Part shown: positions 27,781 through 35,675 of the stretch, one piece after another | Numbering within the stretch: the stretch's first letter is position 1 | Layout of the letters: each line of letters starts with the position of its first letter | Assembly: GCA_046091665.1 (NCBI GenBank) | Contig: JBJTCD010000017.1 | Location: 15,115-79,114 of the forward strand | Origin: Hyphomicrobiales bacterium | GTDB taxonomy: Bacteria > Pseudomonadota > Alphaproteobacteria > Rhizobiales > Beijerinckiaceae | DNA: 64,000 nt | Reading direction: 5' to 3' | Notes under the pieces: model-generated | The model's database searches: none | Told to the model about the DNA's origin: nothing | What the model saw: the letters and a program-made list of their open reading frames with translations, nothing else | Program-made: the position numbers and the translations under genes

Positions 27781-28749
27781 ATGAAAGCGACCGGCATTCT
27801 TGCCCCGACCCGTATGATGCCTCTCATCCTTGATGGTTTGCGTGCAACGGGCAAACTCCATTGCTTATGGGAACAAGCGGATCCTGAAGCCTATCTTTCG
27901 GCCCATGCCGATCAGATCGGCGCAATCGCCACCGGCGCTCATCTGGCTGTTGACGGCGCCTATATGTCGCGCTTTCCGAATTTGAAACTCGTCGCCAATT
28001 TTGGCGTTGGCTATGACACGGTTGATGCGAAATGGGCTGGCAAAAACGGGGTCATCGTCACCAACACACCCAATGTGTTAACAGAAGAAGTTGCCGATAC
28101 CGCCTTGGGTCTTCTTTTGATGACCATTCGCGAATTACCGCAATCAGAGCGATGGTTGCGCGCGGGTCATTGGATTTCAAAAGGACCCTACCCTTTGACC
28201 GCCAATACAATGCGCGGAAAAACAATCGGCATTCTGGCACTCGGTCGCATTGGTAAAGCGATCGCCACGCGCTGCGAAGCTTTTGGCTTAACGGTCGCCT
28301 ATCATGGTCGCACGAAACAAGATGACGTCTCTTATCGTTATTATGACTCGCTCGTCGAGATGGCGCGTGATGTTGATATTTTAATGAGTGTGGCTCCGGG
28401 TGGCGCTTCAACAAAGCACATCATCAATGCGGAAGTATTAAAAGCACTCGGACCGCAAGGTGTGTTGATCAATATCGGTCGTGGTAGCGTCGTTGATGAA
28501 GCTGCTTTGGCAAAAGCCTTGCGCGAAAAGATCATTTTCGCGGCAGGTCTTGATGTGTTTGAAAATGAACCGCATGTGCCCGCGGAGTTGATGGCGTGTG
28601 AAAATGCGGTGCTTTTACCTCATGTGGGATCAGCATCGATCCATACACGCAATTTGATGGGACAATTGGTCGTTGATAATGTTCTCGCGTTTCTTTCAGG
28701 CAAACTTCCGTTAACACCCGTTGCCGAAACGCCCTTTACGCATTGGTAA
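27781..28749 (+). CDS. D-isomer-specific 2-hydroxyacid dehydrogenase (glyoxylate/hydroxypyruvate reductase-like)
   Basis: ATG 27781 follows GGAGGA. It has a GxGxxG motif (GILALGRIGKAIA) and the catalytic region (INIGRGSVVDEAAL...LDVFENEP...LLPHVGSAS). Confidence 0.88.
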   Translation: MKATGILAPTRMMPLILDGLRATGKLHCLWEQADPEAYLSAHADQIGAIATGAHLAVDGAYMSRFPNLKLVANFGVGYDTVDAKWAGKNGVIVTNTPNVLTEEVADTALGLLLMTIRELPQSERWLRAGHWISKGPYPLTANTMRGKTIGILALGRIGKAIATRCEAFGLTVAYHGRTKQDDVSYRYYDSLVEMARDVDILMSVAPGGASTKHIINAEVLKALGPQGVLINIGRGSVVDEAALAKALREKIIFAAGLDVFENEPHVPAELMACENAVLLPHVGSASIHTRNLMGQLVVDNVLAFLSGKLPLTPVAETPFTHW

Positions 28750-28759
28750 AAAAGAAAAA

Positions 28760-28796
28760 GCCGGTTGGACATGATCCACCCGGCTTTGATTTTTTA
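28760..28796. terminator. Bidirectional rho-independent terminator between convergent genes
   Basis: The hairpin gccggttgga-catga-tccacccggc has an A-run on one side and tttgatttttt on the other. Confidence 0.65.
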
Positions 28797-28810
28797 AGGC
28801 GCTTTATCGC

Positions 28811-29791
28811 TTATGCGATTTTGCCATGAAGCTCGTCTTCAATGTGGACTCGGATGATCTCTTCGAATGTGGATTCAGAGGTGAAGCCCAAAGACCGCGC
28901 GCGTTTCGTGTCAAAATTCATCGGCCACCCTTCAACGATTTTGATGATGGCGGGATCGGGTACATGCTTGATGCGCGCGACGACTTTCTCGCCTGCAACA
29001 TTTCGAAGTGCTGCGATCTGTTCACCCACAGTCACGGAGAGGCCCGGCATAGAGAGATTGCGCCGCCAGCCCAAAAGCCCTGTATCCATGGTTGCAGCGT
29101 GAAGCAGAAAGCCGACTGCTGAGCGCGGGCTCGCATGCCAATGGCGCACGGTTTCAGCGACCGGCAAAACCGCTTCATGGCCTGCAAGCGGTTCGCGAAT
29201 GATGTTCGAGAAAAAGCCGGATGCGGCTTTGTTGGGTTTGCCCGGCCTTACGCAGATCGTGGGTAAACGAATACCGACACCGTCGAAAAAGCCTTTGCGC
29301 GAATAATCGGAGAGTAGCAATTCGCCAATCGCTTTTTGCGTGCCGTAAGATGTGAGTGGTGTTGTAAAAAACTCATCCCCAATCGCTTCGGGAAACGGCG
29401 CACCAAACACCGCAATCGACGAGGTGAAGACAACACGCGGCTTGTAACCGTTGCCAATGGCGCGAATGGCTGCGAAGAGTTGCATCGTGCCATCAAGATT
29501 GATGCGATAGCCCTTGTCGAAATCCTGCTCGGCTTCGCCGGAGACAATGGCTGCGAGATGGAAAATCACATCGGGCTTGCCGGCGACAAGTTTCGCGGTT
29601 TCGCCCGGCAATGAAAAATCGGACGCGAGCGTCGTGGATGTGAATTTTGCACCCGCAGGCGCTGAAGGCTCGATGACATCATGCAAAGTCGCTTTCGTAA
29701 TTTCGCGACCACCAAGATGGCCATCTTTCGCCAGCCGTTCCGCCAATTTGCGACCGACCATACCCGCCGCACCGATGATAAGAATATGCAT
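28811..29791 (-). CDS. NAD-dependent epimerase/dehydratase family protein (extended SDR; possibly a sugar-acid dehydrogenase such as the DenD type)
   Basis: It has the N-terminal motif MHILIIGAAGMVGRKL and a YxxxK motif (YGTQKAIGE). The specific function is not resolvable by eye. Confidence 0.8.
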   Translation of the reverse strand: MHILIIGAAGMVGRKLAERLAKDGHLGGREITKATLHDVIEPSAPAGAKFTSTTLASDFSLPGETAKLVAGKPDVIFHLAAIVSGEAEQDFDKGYRINLDGTMQLFAAIRAIGNGYKPRVVFTSSIAVFGAPFPEAIGDEFFTTPLTSYGTQKAIGELLLSDYSRKGFFDGVGIRLPTICVRPGKPNKAASGFFSNIIREPLAGHEAVLPVAETVRHWHASPRSAVGFLLHAATMDTGLLGWRRNLSMPGLSVTVGEQIAALRNVAGEKVVARIKHVPDPAIIKIVEGWPMNFDTKRARSLGFTSESTFEEIIRVHIEDELHGKIA

Positions 29792-29793
29792 GA

Positions 29794-29970
29794 TTATGAG
29801 GCCCTTCCCTTTACGCGATTTACGGTACTGATTGATGTGCTTTTAGACTTCGGTTCAAATTCAAATGATGTACGTTTGAATTTTGAAAAATCATATTGCG
29901 ATAAATCAGTCTGATCGACAAAGCGCTCGGCTTCACGATCTGTCTTCAATTTTGGAAACGGCCTTTTCAT
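29794..29970 (-). CDS. 59-aa ORF resembling the N-terminal half of a CopG/BrnA-type antitoxin, lacking the RHH part
   Basis: MKRPFPKLKTDREAERFVDQTDLSQYDFSKFKRTSFEFEPKSKS... has a GGAGA RBS 8 nt upstream. It is wedged 17 nt after the SDR stop and 3 nt before the epimerase ATG. Confidence 0.35.
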   Translation of the reverse strand: MKRPFPKLKTDREAERFVDQTDLSQYDFSKFKRTSFEFEPKSKSTSISTVNRVKGRAS

Positions 29971-29986
29971 AAGCCACAGTCTCCGT

Positions 29987-30733
29987 CTAGAGTGCAAAGC
30001 CACCATCAGCCAAATGAATTTGCCCGGTCGTGTAGCTTGATTCATCGGAGCCAAGATAGACAGCAAGCCAGGCAATCTCTTCCGCTGTGCCGAGGCGGCC
30101 CATCGGTTGACGATCAATAAACATTTGCCGCGCCTCTTTCTTGCCGATGCCTTGCAATTTGGCGAGTGCGGCGATGCGCTGATCGAGCGAGGGGGATTGG
30201 ATTGTGCCCGGACAAATCGCATTGGCACGAATGCCCTTCTTGATGAAATCTGCCGCAACCGCTTTTGTTAGACCAATCACCGCCGCTTTCGACGCGCCAT
30301 AAACATAGCGATTGGGAATGCCGCGTACCGAACCTGCACCAGAAGCGATATTCACAATCGAGCCTTTGCCTTGCGCCAACATACCCGGAATAAAAGCGCG
30401 TATCATACGGTGCATGGATTTGACATTGAGATCCATCGAGAAATCCCATGCCGCTTCATCACATTCGAGCACGCTGCCATGATGGACATAACCAGCAGCG
30501 TTGACGAGAATATCTATTGTGCCGACCTCTTTGGCGAAGGCGTTCACTGCATCACTTGATAAGACATCGAGCTTTGCGCGTTTGGCGCGTTTGATATCGG
30601 CAAGCGCCTTGTCATTAATATCGGTGGCCCAGACGGTTGCGCCTTCAGCCACGAAAAATTCCGCAATCGCGCGCCCGATGCCATTGGCTGCCGCAGTGAC
30701 AACCGCGCGTTTACCCTTCAATCGACCTGCCAT
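29987..30733 (-). CDS. Classical SDR oxidoreductase (2-keto-3-deoxy-sugar-acid dehydrogenase-like)
   Basis: It has the motifs TAAANGIGRAIA (TGxxxGxG variant), NAAG and YGASKAAV (YxxxK). Confidence 0.85.
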   Translation of the reverse strand: MAGRLKGKRAVVTAAANGIGRAIAEFFVAEGATVWATDINDKALADIKRAKRAKLDVLSSDAVNAFAKEVGTIDILVNAAGYVHHGSVLECDEAAWDFSMDLNVKSMHRMIRAFIPGMLAQGKGSIVNIASGAGSVRGIPNRYVYGASKAAVIGLTKAVAADFIKKGIRANAICPGTIQSPSLDQRIAALAKLQGIGKKEARQMFIDRQPMGRLGTAEEIAWLAVYLGSDESSYTTGQIHLADGGFAL

Positions 30734-30744
30734 TTTATTCCCCT

Positions 30745-31464
30745 TTATTTGAATGCGTTCAGAGTCTTCTTTTGACGGCCATCGCCCTCAAAATTTTGCG
30801 GATGAAGCCAAGTTTCAAAGGCGCGCTTTTGCTTTGGCCATTCTGTATCAAGGATTGAATACCATGCTGTGTCACGGTTTCGTCCACGCACCATCATATG
30901 CCGGCGAAAAATTCCTTCGAATGTGAAACCAAAACGGTCTGCCGCGCGACGCGACGGCGCATTCAAAGAATTGCATTTCCATTCATAACGGCGATAGCCA
31001 AGCGTGTCGAAAACATAGCGCATCAACAAATACTGCGCTTCGGTTGCACCGGGCGTTTTTTGCAGGGGCGTACCATACATGATGTTGCCGACTTCAATCA
31101 CGCGATGCGCGGTGTCGATACGCATCAAAGTGGCGTAACCCATCGCTTTCCCGGATTTTTTATCGATGATCGCGTAGAACATCGGATCCTCAGACTGCGC
31201 TTTGCGTTCAATATGCGCTTTGAAGGCGGTGTGATCAGCAAAGGGCGCTTCAAAGAGATATTGCCAGATCACATCCTTATCAGCGCCATGCGAGGCGGTA
31301 TAAAGATCATCGGTATGTTTTTGAGGATCTAGCGGTTCAAGGCGCACATAGCGCCCTTCATGCACGATGCGCTCAGGACGCGGTGCCGGATGCGTATCCA
31401 CGTCAACGCCAATCGGAAGTTGCGTTAAAGGATCGGGCGTGGAAGCAGGTGTGAATGAGGGCAT
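30745..31464 (-). CDS. GNAT N-acetyltransferase (RimJ/RimL-like)
   Basis: RIDTAHRVIEVGNIMYGTPLQKTPGATEAQYLLMRYVFDTLGYRRYEWKCNSLNAPSRRAADRFGFTFEG is family-typical. The start was trimmed to MPSFTPAS, because the longer ORF reads into a palindromic repeat. Confidence 0.8.
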   Translation of the reverse strand: MPSFTPASTPDPLTQLPIGVDVDTHPAPRPERIVHEGRYVRLEPLDPQKHTDDLYTASHGADKDVIWQYLFEAPFADHTAFKAHIERKAQSEDPMFYAIIDKKSGKAMGYATLMRIDTAHRVIEVGNIMYGTPLQKTPGATEAQYLLMRYVFDTLGYRRYEWKCNSLNAPSRRAADRFGFTFEGIFRRHMMVRGRNRDTAWYSILDTEWPKQKRAFETWLHPQNFEGDGRQKKTLNAFK

Positions 31465-31500
31465 AGATCGTCGCAATTCTCGATCGGCAAGTCGTGTGAA

Positions 31501-31584
31501 CCTCATCCTGAGCAGCCGCGGAACGCGGCGTGTCGAAGGATCCTTCGAGACGCATCGCTCATCGCGATGCTCCTCAGGATGAGG
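31501..31584. repeat. Compound palindromic REP-like intergenic element (copy 1)
   Basis: The outer arms cctcatcctgag / ctcaggatgagg enclose three internal hairpins: cgcg-gaa-cgcg, gtgtcgaagga/tccttcgagac and gcatcgc-tcatc-gcgatgc. It lies between two co-directional genes. Confidence 0.55.
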
Positions 31585-31606
31585 GTGATGAATAGAGGCG
31601 GCTCAC

Positions 31607-33466
31607 TCAGTGGTTATCTCTCGCGACGCCGAATTTTTGTGCGACGCGTTGATATTTCACGGCAGGTTTGAGCACCATGCCGTCCGACAATTGATCAACC
31701 ATCGAACGCTGGATTTCCTGCCATGGTGTCTGGCTTGCCGGATATTGGAAGCCGCCATGTTTCATCAACTCAGCGCGGCGTTTTGCAAGATCTTCTTTCG
31801 AGATCAGAATATCGGCTGTGCCCTTTTTCAAATCGATGCGCACGCGGTCATTGGTTTTCAAAAGCGCCAAACCGCCATTCGCCGCCGCTTCCGGTGACGC
31901 GTTCAAAATCGAAGGCGAGCCGGATGTGCCTGATTGGCGACCATCGCCAATGCAGGGCAAGGAGGTGATGCCTTTTTTAAGAAGCGCTGCGGGTGGTTGC
32001 ATATTCACAACTTCCGCCGCCCCCGGATAACCAATCGGGCCCGTGCCGCGAATAAACAGCATGCAATGCTCATCGATTTTCAGTTTCGGATCATCAATAC
32101 GGTGGTGATAATCTTCCGGTCCTTCGAACACGATGGCACGACCTTCGAAAGCTTCCGGATCTTTCGGATTAGAAAGATAGCGCTTGCGGAACTCTTCTGA
32201 AATCACGCTTGTTTTCATCACGGCGCTGTCGAAGAGATTGCCTTTGAGCACCAAGAAGCCCGCATCTTTCTTGAGCGGCTTATCGATGGGATAAATCACA
32301 TCATAATCGATAATCTTGGTCTTTTTGCAATTCTCACCCATGGTCTTGCCATTGACGGTGAGCGCTTTCTCACGAATGAGTTTCTTTTTCATGAGCTCAT
32401 TGACAACAGCGGGCACGCCACCGGCGCGGTGATATTCTTCACCGAGATATTTACCTGCGGGTTGTAAATTCACGAGCAGTGGCACTTTGTGACCGAATTT
32501 CTGCCAGTCCTCGACTTTCAATTCGACACCGATATGGCGTGCAATCGCGTTAATGTGAATCGGCGCATTGGTTGATCCCCCAATCGCCGAATTGATGATG
32601 ATCGCGTTTTCAAAAGCTTCACGCGTCATGATGTCGGACGGTTTCAAATCTTCCCACACCATTTCAACAATGCGTTTGCCGGTATCATAAGCATTCTGGC
32701 CGCGCTCACGATAGGGCGCGGGAATGGCCGCGCCGCCGGGCAAAGTCATGCCGAGCGCTTCAGCAAGTGAATTCATGGTTGAAGCTGTACCCATCGTGTT
32801 GCAATGGCCGACGGAAGGCGCGGACGACGCGACAATATCCATGAACTCGTCATAATCGATCTCGCCTGAAGCAAGACGTTCGCGGCTCTTCCACACAACA
32901 GTGCCCGAGCCCGTGCGTTCGCCATGATACCAGCCATTCAACATCGGGCCGCCTGAGAGAACGATGGCCGGAATATTCACAGTCGCTGCGGCCATGATGC
33001 AAGCCGGCGTTGTTTTATCGCAGCCCGTAGTGAGCACGACACCATCAAGCGGATAGCCATAAAGCACTTCGACGAGACCAAGATAAGCGAGGTTACGATC
33101 AAGCGCGGCGGTGGGTCGTTTACCGGTTTCCTGAATTGGATGGACAGGGAATTCAAAAGCGACGCCGCCTGCTGCCGTGATCCCGTCACGCACACGTTTA
33201 GCGAGTTCGAGATGATGGCGGTTACAAGGCGACAAATCCGAACCCGTTTGCGCAATGCCTATGATCGGCTTGCCGGATTGAAGCTCTTCACGCGTCAAAC
33301 CAAAATTGAGATAACGCTCAAGATAGAGCGCGGTCATGCCCGGATTGTCTGGATTGTCGAACCAAAGCTTCGAGCGCAATTCGCGCTTTTTCCCGCTCGC
33401 GGCTTTGCTGCCTGTCCCTTTACCGGTTGTGGACTTTGCCGCACCGCTCTTTTTCGAAGCTGCCAT
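31607..33466 (-). CDS. IlvD/Edd-family sugar-acid dehydratase (D-xylonate / L-arabinonate dehydratase-like) with a Lys/Ser/Gly-rich N-terminal extension
   Basis: [61 protein letters not shown] and [13 protein letters not shown] closely resemble Caulobacter XylD as I recall it. ATG 33466 has a GGGGAGA RBS. Confidence 0.85.
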   Translation of the reverse strand: MAASKKSGAAKSTTGKGTGSKAASGKKRELRSKLWFDNPDNPGMTALYLERYLNFGLTREELQSGKPIIGIAQTGSDLSPCNRHHLELAKRVRDGITAAGGVAFEFPVHPIQETGKRPTAALDRNLAYLGLVEVLYGYPLDGVVLTTGCDKTTPACIMAAATVNIPAIVLSGGPMLNGWYHGERTGSGTVVWKSRERLASGEIDYDEFMDIVASSAPSVGHCNTMGTASTMNSLAEALGMTLPGGAAIPAPYRERGQNAYDTGKRIVEMVWEDLKPSDIMTREAFENAIIINSAIGGSTNAPIHINAIARHIGVELKVEDWQKFGHKVPLLVNLQPAGKYLGEEYHRAGGVPAVVNELMKKKLIREKALTVNGKTMGENCKKTKIIDYDVIYPIDKPLKKDAGFLVLKGNLFDSAVMKTSVISEEFRKRYLSNPKDPEAFEGRAIVFEGPEDYHHRIDDPKLKIDEHCMLFIRGTGPIGYPGAAEVVNMQPPAALLKKGITSLPCIGDGRQSGTSGSPSILNASPEAAANGGLALLKTNDRVRIDLKKGTADILISKEDLAKRRAELMKHGGFQYPASQTPWQEIQRSMVDQLSDGMVLKPAVKYQRVAQKFGVARDNH

Positions 33467-33605
33467 TTCGTTCTCCCCGTCGATCATAAATAAGGCCTTT
33501 CCCATTTTTGGGTGACCCAGCGTTGATTTCCTTCCTAGCATCGCCCTAAATGGATGTCGAAATCAATAAGCGAGAGACCTCGAAAGGGGCGGAGGAGCAC
33601 TATCC

Positions 33606-34787
33606 ATGCTGCATATCACTGACGCATTTTCACGCATTGGCGAGGAAAACGCTTTTGCGGTGCTGGCCCGCGCCACGGAATTGCAGCGGCAAGGCAAAGA
33701 CATCATCAATCTTGGCATCGGCCAGCCCGATTTTCGCACGCCGGAAAATATTGTTGAAGCCGCCATCAAGGCCCTCAAAGACGGCCATCACGGCTATACG
33801 CCGGCCACCGGCATTCTGCCGCTACGCGAAGCGGTGGCGGCCGATCTCCATAAGCGCTTTGGAGTCGATGTCTCTCCCGAGCTTGTGATGATTGTGCCTG
33901 GCGGCAAAGTCACGATGTTCATGGCGATCCTGATGTTTGGCGAACCGGGCGCGGATATTCTCTATCCGGATCCCGGCTTTCCTATTTACCGCTCGATGAT
34001 CGAGTTCACGGGCGCGCGCGCCATTCCGGTTCCGATTCGCGAGGAAAATCGTTTCGCTTTTTCTGCGGAAGAAACGCTTGCGCTGATCACACCAAAGACG
34101 CGGCTTCTCATCATCAATTCACCGGCGAACCCGACCGGCGGCGTGACGCCAAAAGCCGAGATCGACAAACTCGTGAAGGGCCTTGAGCGCTTCCCCGATG
34201 TTGCGATCATGTCGGACGAGATTTATGCGCAGATGACCTATGATGGCGAGAAGCACCAGACGCTTCTCGCTTATCCAGAAATTCGGGATCGTCTCGTGCT
34301 GCTTGATGGCTGGTCGAAAACCTACGCGATGACCGGATGGCGCATGGGTTATTCGGTATGGCCGAAGCCGCTTTATGATGCCGCCCGCAAACTCGCGGTG
34401 AATTCTTTTTCTTGCGTAAATGCATCCGCACAATATGCAGGGCTTGAAGCGCTCACCGGCCCGCAAGATGCGGTTCATGCGATGGTTCAAGAATTTGATC
34501 GCCGTCGTAAAGTTGTGATCGAAGGCCTGAACAAATTACCGAATGTGTCTGCGGCAACACCAAAAGGTGCTTTTTATGCGTTTCCGAATATTTCAAAAAC
34601 CGGATGGCGTGCAAAGCCTCTCGCCTCTGCGCTTTTAGAAGAAGCGGGCGTGGCGACCATCGGTGGGCCGGATTTTGGTGTCTATGGCGAAGGCTTTATT
34701 CGCCTCTCATACGCCAATTCAACAGAGAATATCTTGCGCGCACTCGAGCGGATTGAAAAATTCTTGAATGAAAGAGCGCAGAAGTGA
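33606..34787 (+). CDS. Class I/II PLP-dependent aminotransferase (aspartate/aromatic aminotransferase-like)
   Basis: It has the motifs INSPANPTG and DEIY, and the PLP Lys region LDGWSKTYAMTGWRMGY. The protein is 393 aa. Confidence 0.88.
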   Translation: MLHITDAFSRIGEENAFAVLARATELQRQGKDIINLGIGQPDFRTPENIVEAAIKALKDGHHGYTPATGILPLREAVAADLHKRFGVDVSPELVMIVPGGKVTMFMAILMFGEPGADILYPDPGFPIYRSMIEFTGARAIPVPIREENRFAFSAEETLALITPKTRLLIINSPANPTGGVTPKAEIDKLVKGLERFPDVAIMSDEIYAQMTYDGEKHQTLLAYPEIRDRLVLLDGWSKTYAMTGWRMGYSVWPKPLYDAARKLAVNSFSCVNASAQYAGLEALTGPQDAVHAMVQEFDRRRKVVIEGLNKLPNVSAATPKGAFYAFPNISKTGWRAKPLASALLEEAGVATIGGPDFGVYGEGFIRLSYANSTENILRALERIEKFLNERAQK

Positions 34788-34805
34788 GGCTGACACCAAC
34801 CGCGT

Positions 34806-34993
34806 CCTCACCCTGAGGGTGAGAGGTGTGCGCCTTAGGCGGCAAAACGATCCTGTGAATCGTTTTGAACCTCGAACGCGCGAAGAGTAAGCGAAGTGCA
34901 AAGAAGGCGCGTCTCGAAGGACGTGGTAATTAAGCGCTCACATGTCGCGTGGTTCGACACGCGATGCTTCGCATCGCGGCTCACCATGAGGAT
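34806..34993. repeat. REP-like palindromic element (copy 2, longer and more diverged)
   Basis: It contains cctcaccctgagggtgagagg, gcgtctcgaaggacg and ttcgacacgcgatgcttcgcatcgcggctcaccatgagga. The last of these aligns with ttcgagacgcatcgctcatcgcgatgctcctcaggatgagg of copy 1. Confidence 0.45.
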
Positions 34994-35032
34994 TATCGTC
35001 AGAGGAATGTCGTCGATTGATGCTGCACCCAA

Positions 35033-35665
35033 TCACCGCAACGACGCACAAGCTTTTGCTAATTCTGTTATCCGTTTCCAATCGCCCGCTTTCACAGCAG
35101 CAGCAGGCGTGATCCATGAGCCGCCGACACAGACAACATTCGGGAGCGCGAGATAGGATTTCGCTTTCGCTTCATCAATGCCGCCGGTTGGACAAAAAAT
35201 AAGATGCGGCAAAGGCGCTGAAAGTGATTTGAGATAAGCAACACCGCCGGCGGGTTCTGCCGGAAAAAATTTCAAGATATGAAACCCAAGTTCAGCCATC
35301 GTCATCGCTTCACTTGCGGTGGCAACACCGGGAAGCAAAGGTACGCCAGCATGCGCGGCCGCTTCCGCAAGTTTAAGTGTTGAACCGGGGCTCACAAGAA
35401 AACGCGAACCTGCCGAACGTGCTTCCTCAACTTGACTGGCCGATAAAACCGTACCCGCTCCGACAATCGCATCAGGCACAGCATGTGCAATCGCTTCAAT
35501 GGCTTTCAACGCGCCTTCGGTTCTCAAGGTGACTTCAAGAACAGGCAGACCACCTTCAACAAGCGCTTGCGCGAGAGGCACCGCATCATCAGGACCATGA
35601 ACGGTGAGCACCGGAATGACCGGTGCGCGTTTCAAGATCGCAAGAAGCCCCGCATTATGATCCAT
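35033..35665 (-). CDS. eda: KDPG / 4-hydroxy-2-oxoglutarate aldolase
   Basis: The start was trimmed to MDHNAG... It has PVIPVLTV, LEVTLRT, the Schiff-base region (FKFFPAEP-like ILKFFPAEPAGG) and PTGGI. It begins 11 nt after the RND pump stop. Confidence 0.85.
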   Translation of the reverse strand: MDHNAGLLAILKRAPVIPVLTVHGPDDAVPLAQALVEGGLPVLEVTLRTEGALKAIEAIAHAVPDAIVGAGTVLSASQVEEARSAGSRFLVSPGSTLKLAEAAAHAGVPLLPGVATASEAMTMAELGFHILKFFPAEPAGGVAYLKSLSAPLPHLIFCPTGGIDEAKAKSYLALPNVVCVGGSWITPAAAVKAGDWKRITELAKACASLR

Positions 35666-35675
35666 CAATCCGATC

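Noticed and set aside
30745-31506. The full-length 253-aa version of the GNAT ORF starting at 31506.
   Set aside because: Its first codons (MRF) run into the left arm of the palindromic repeat element (from 31501). The downstream Met (31464) gives a protein of normal GNAT length.
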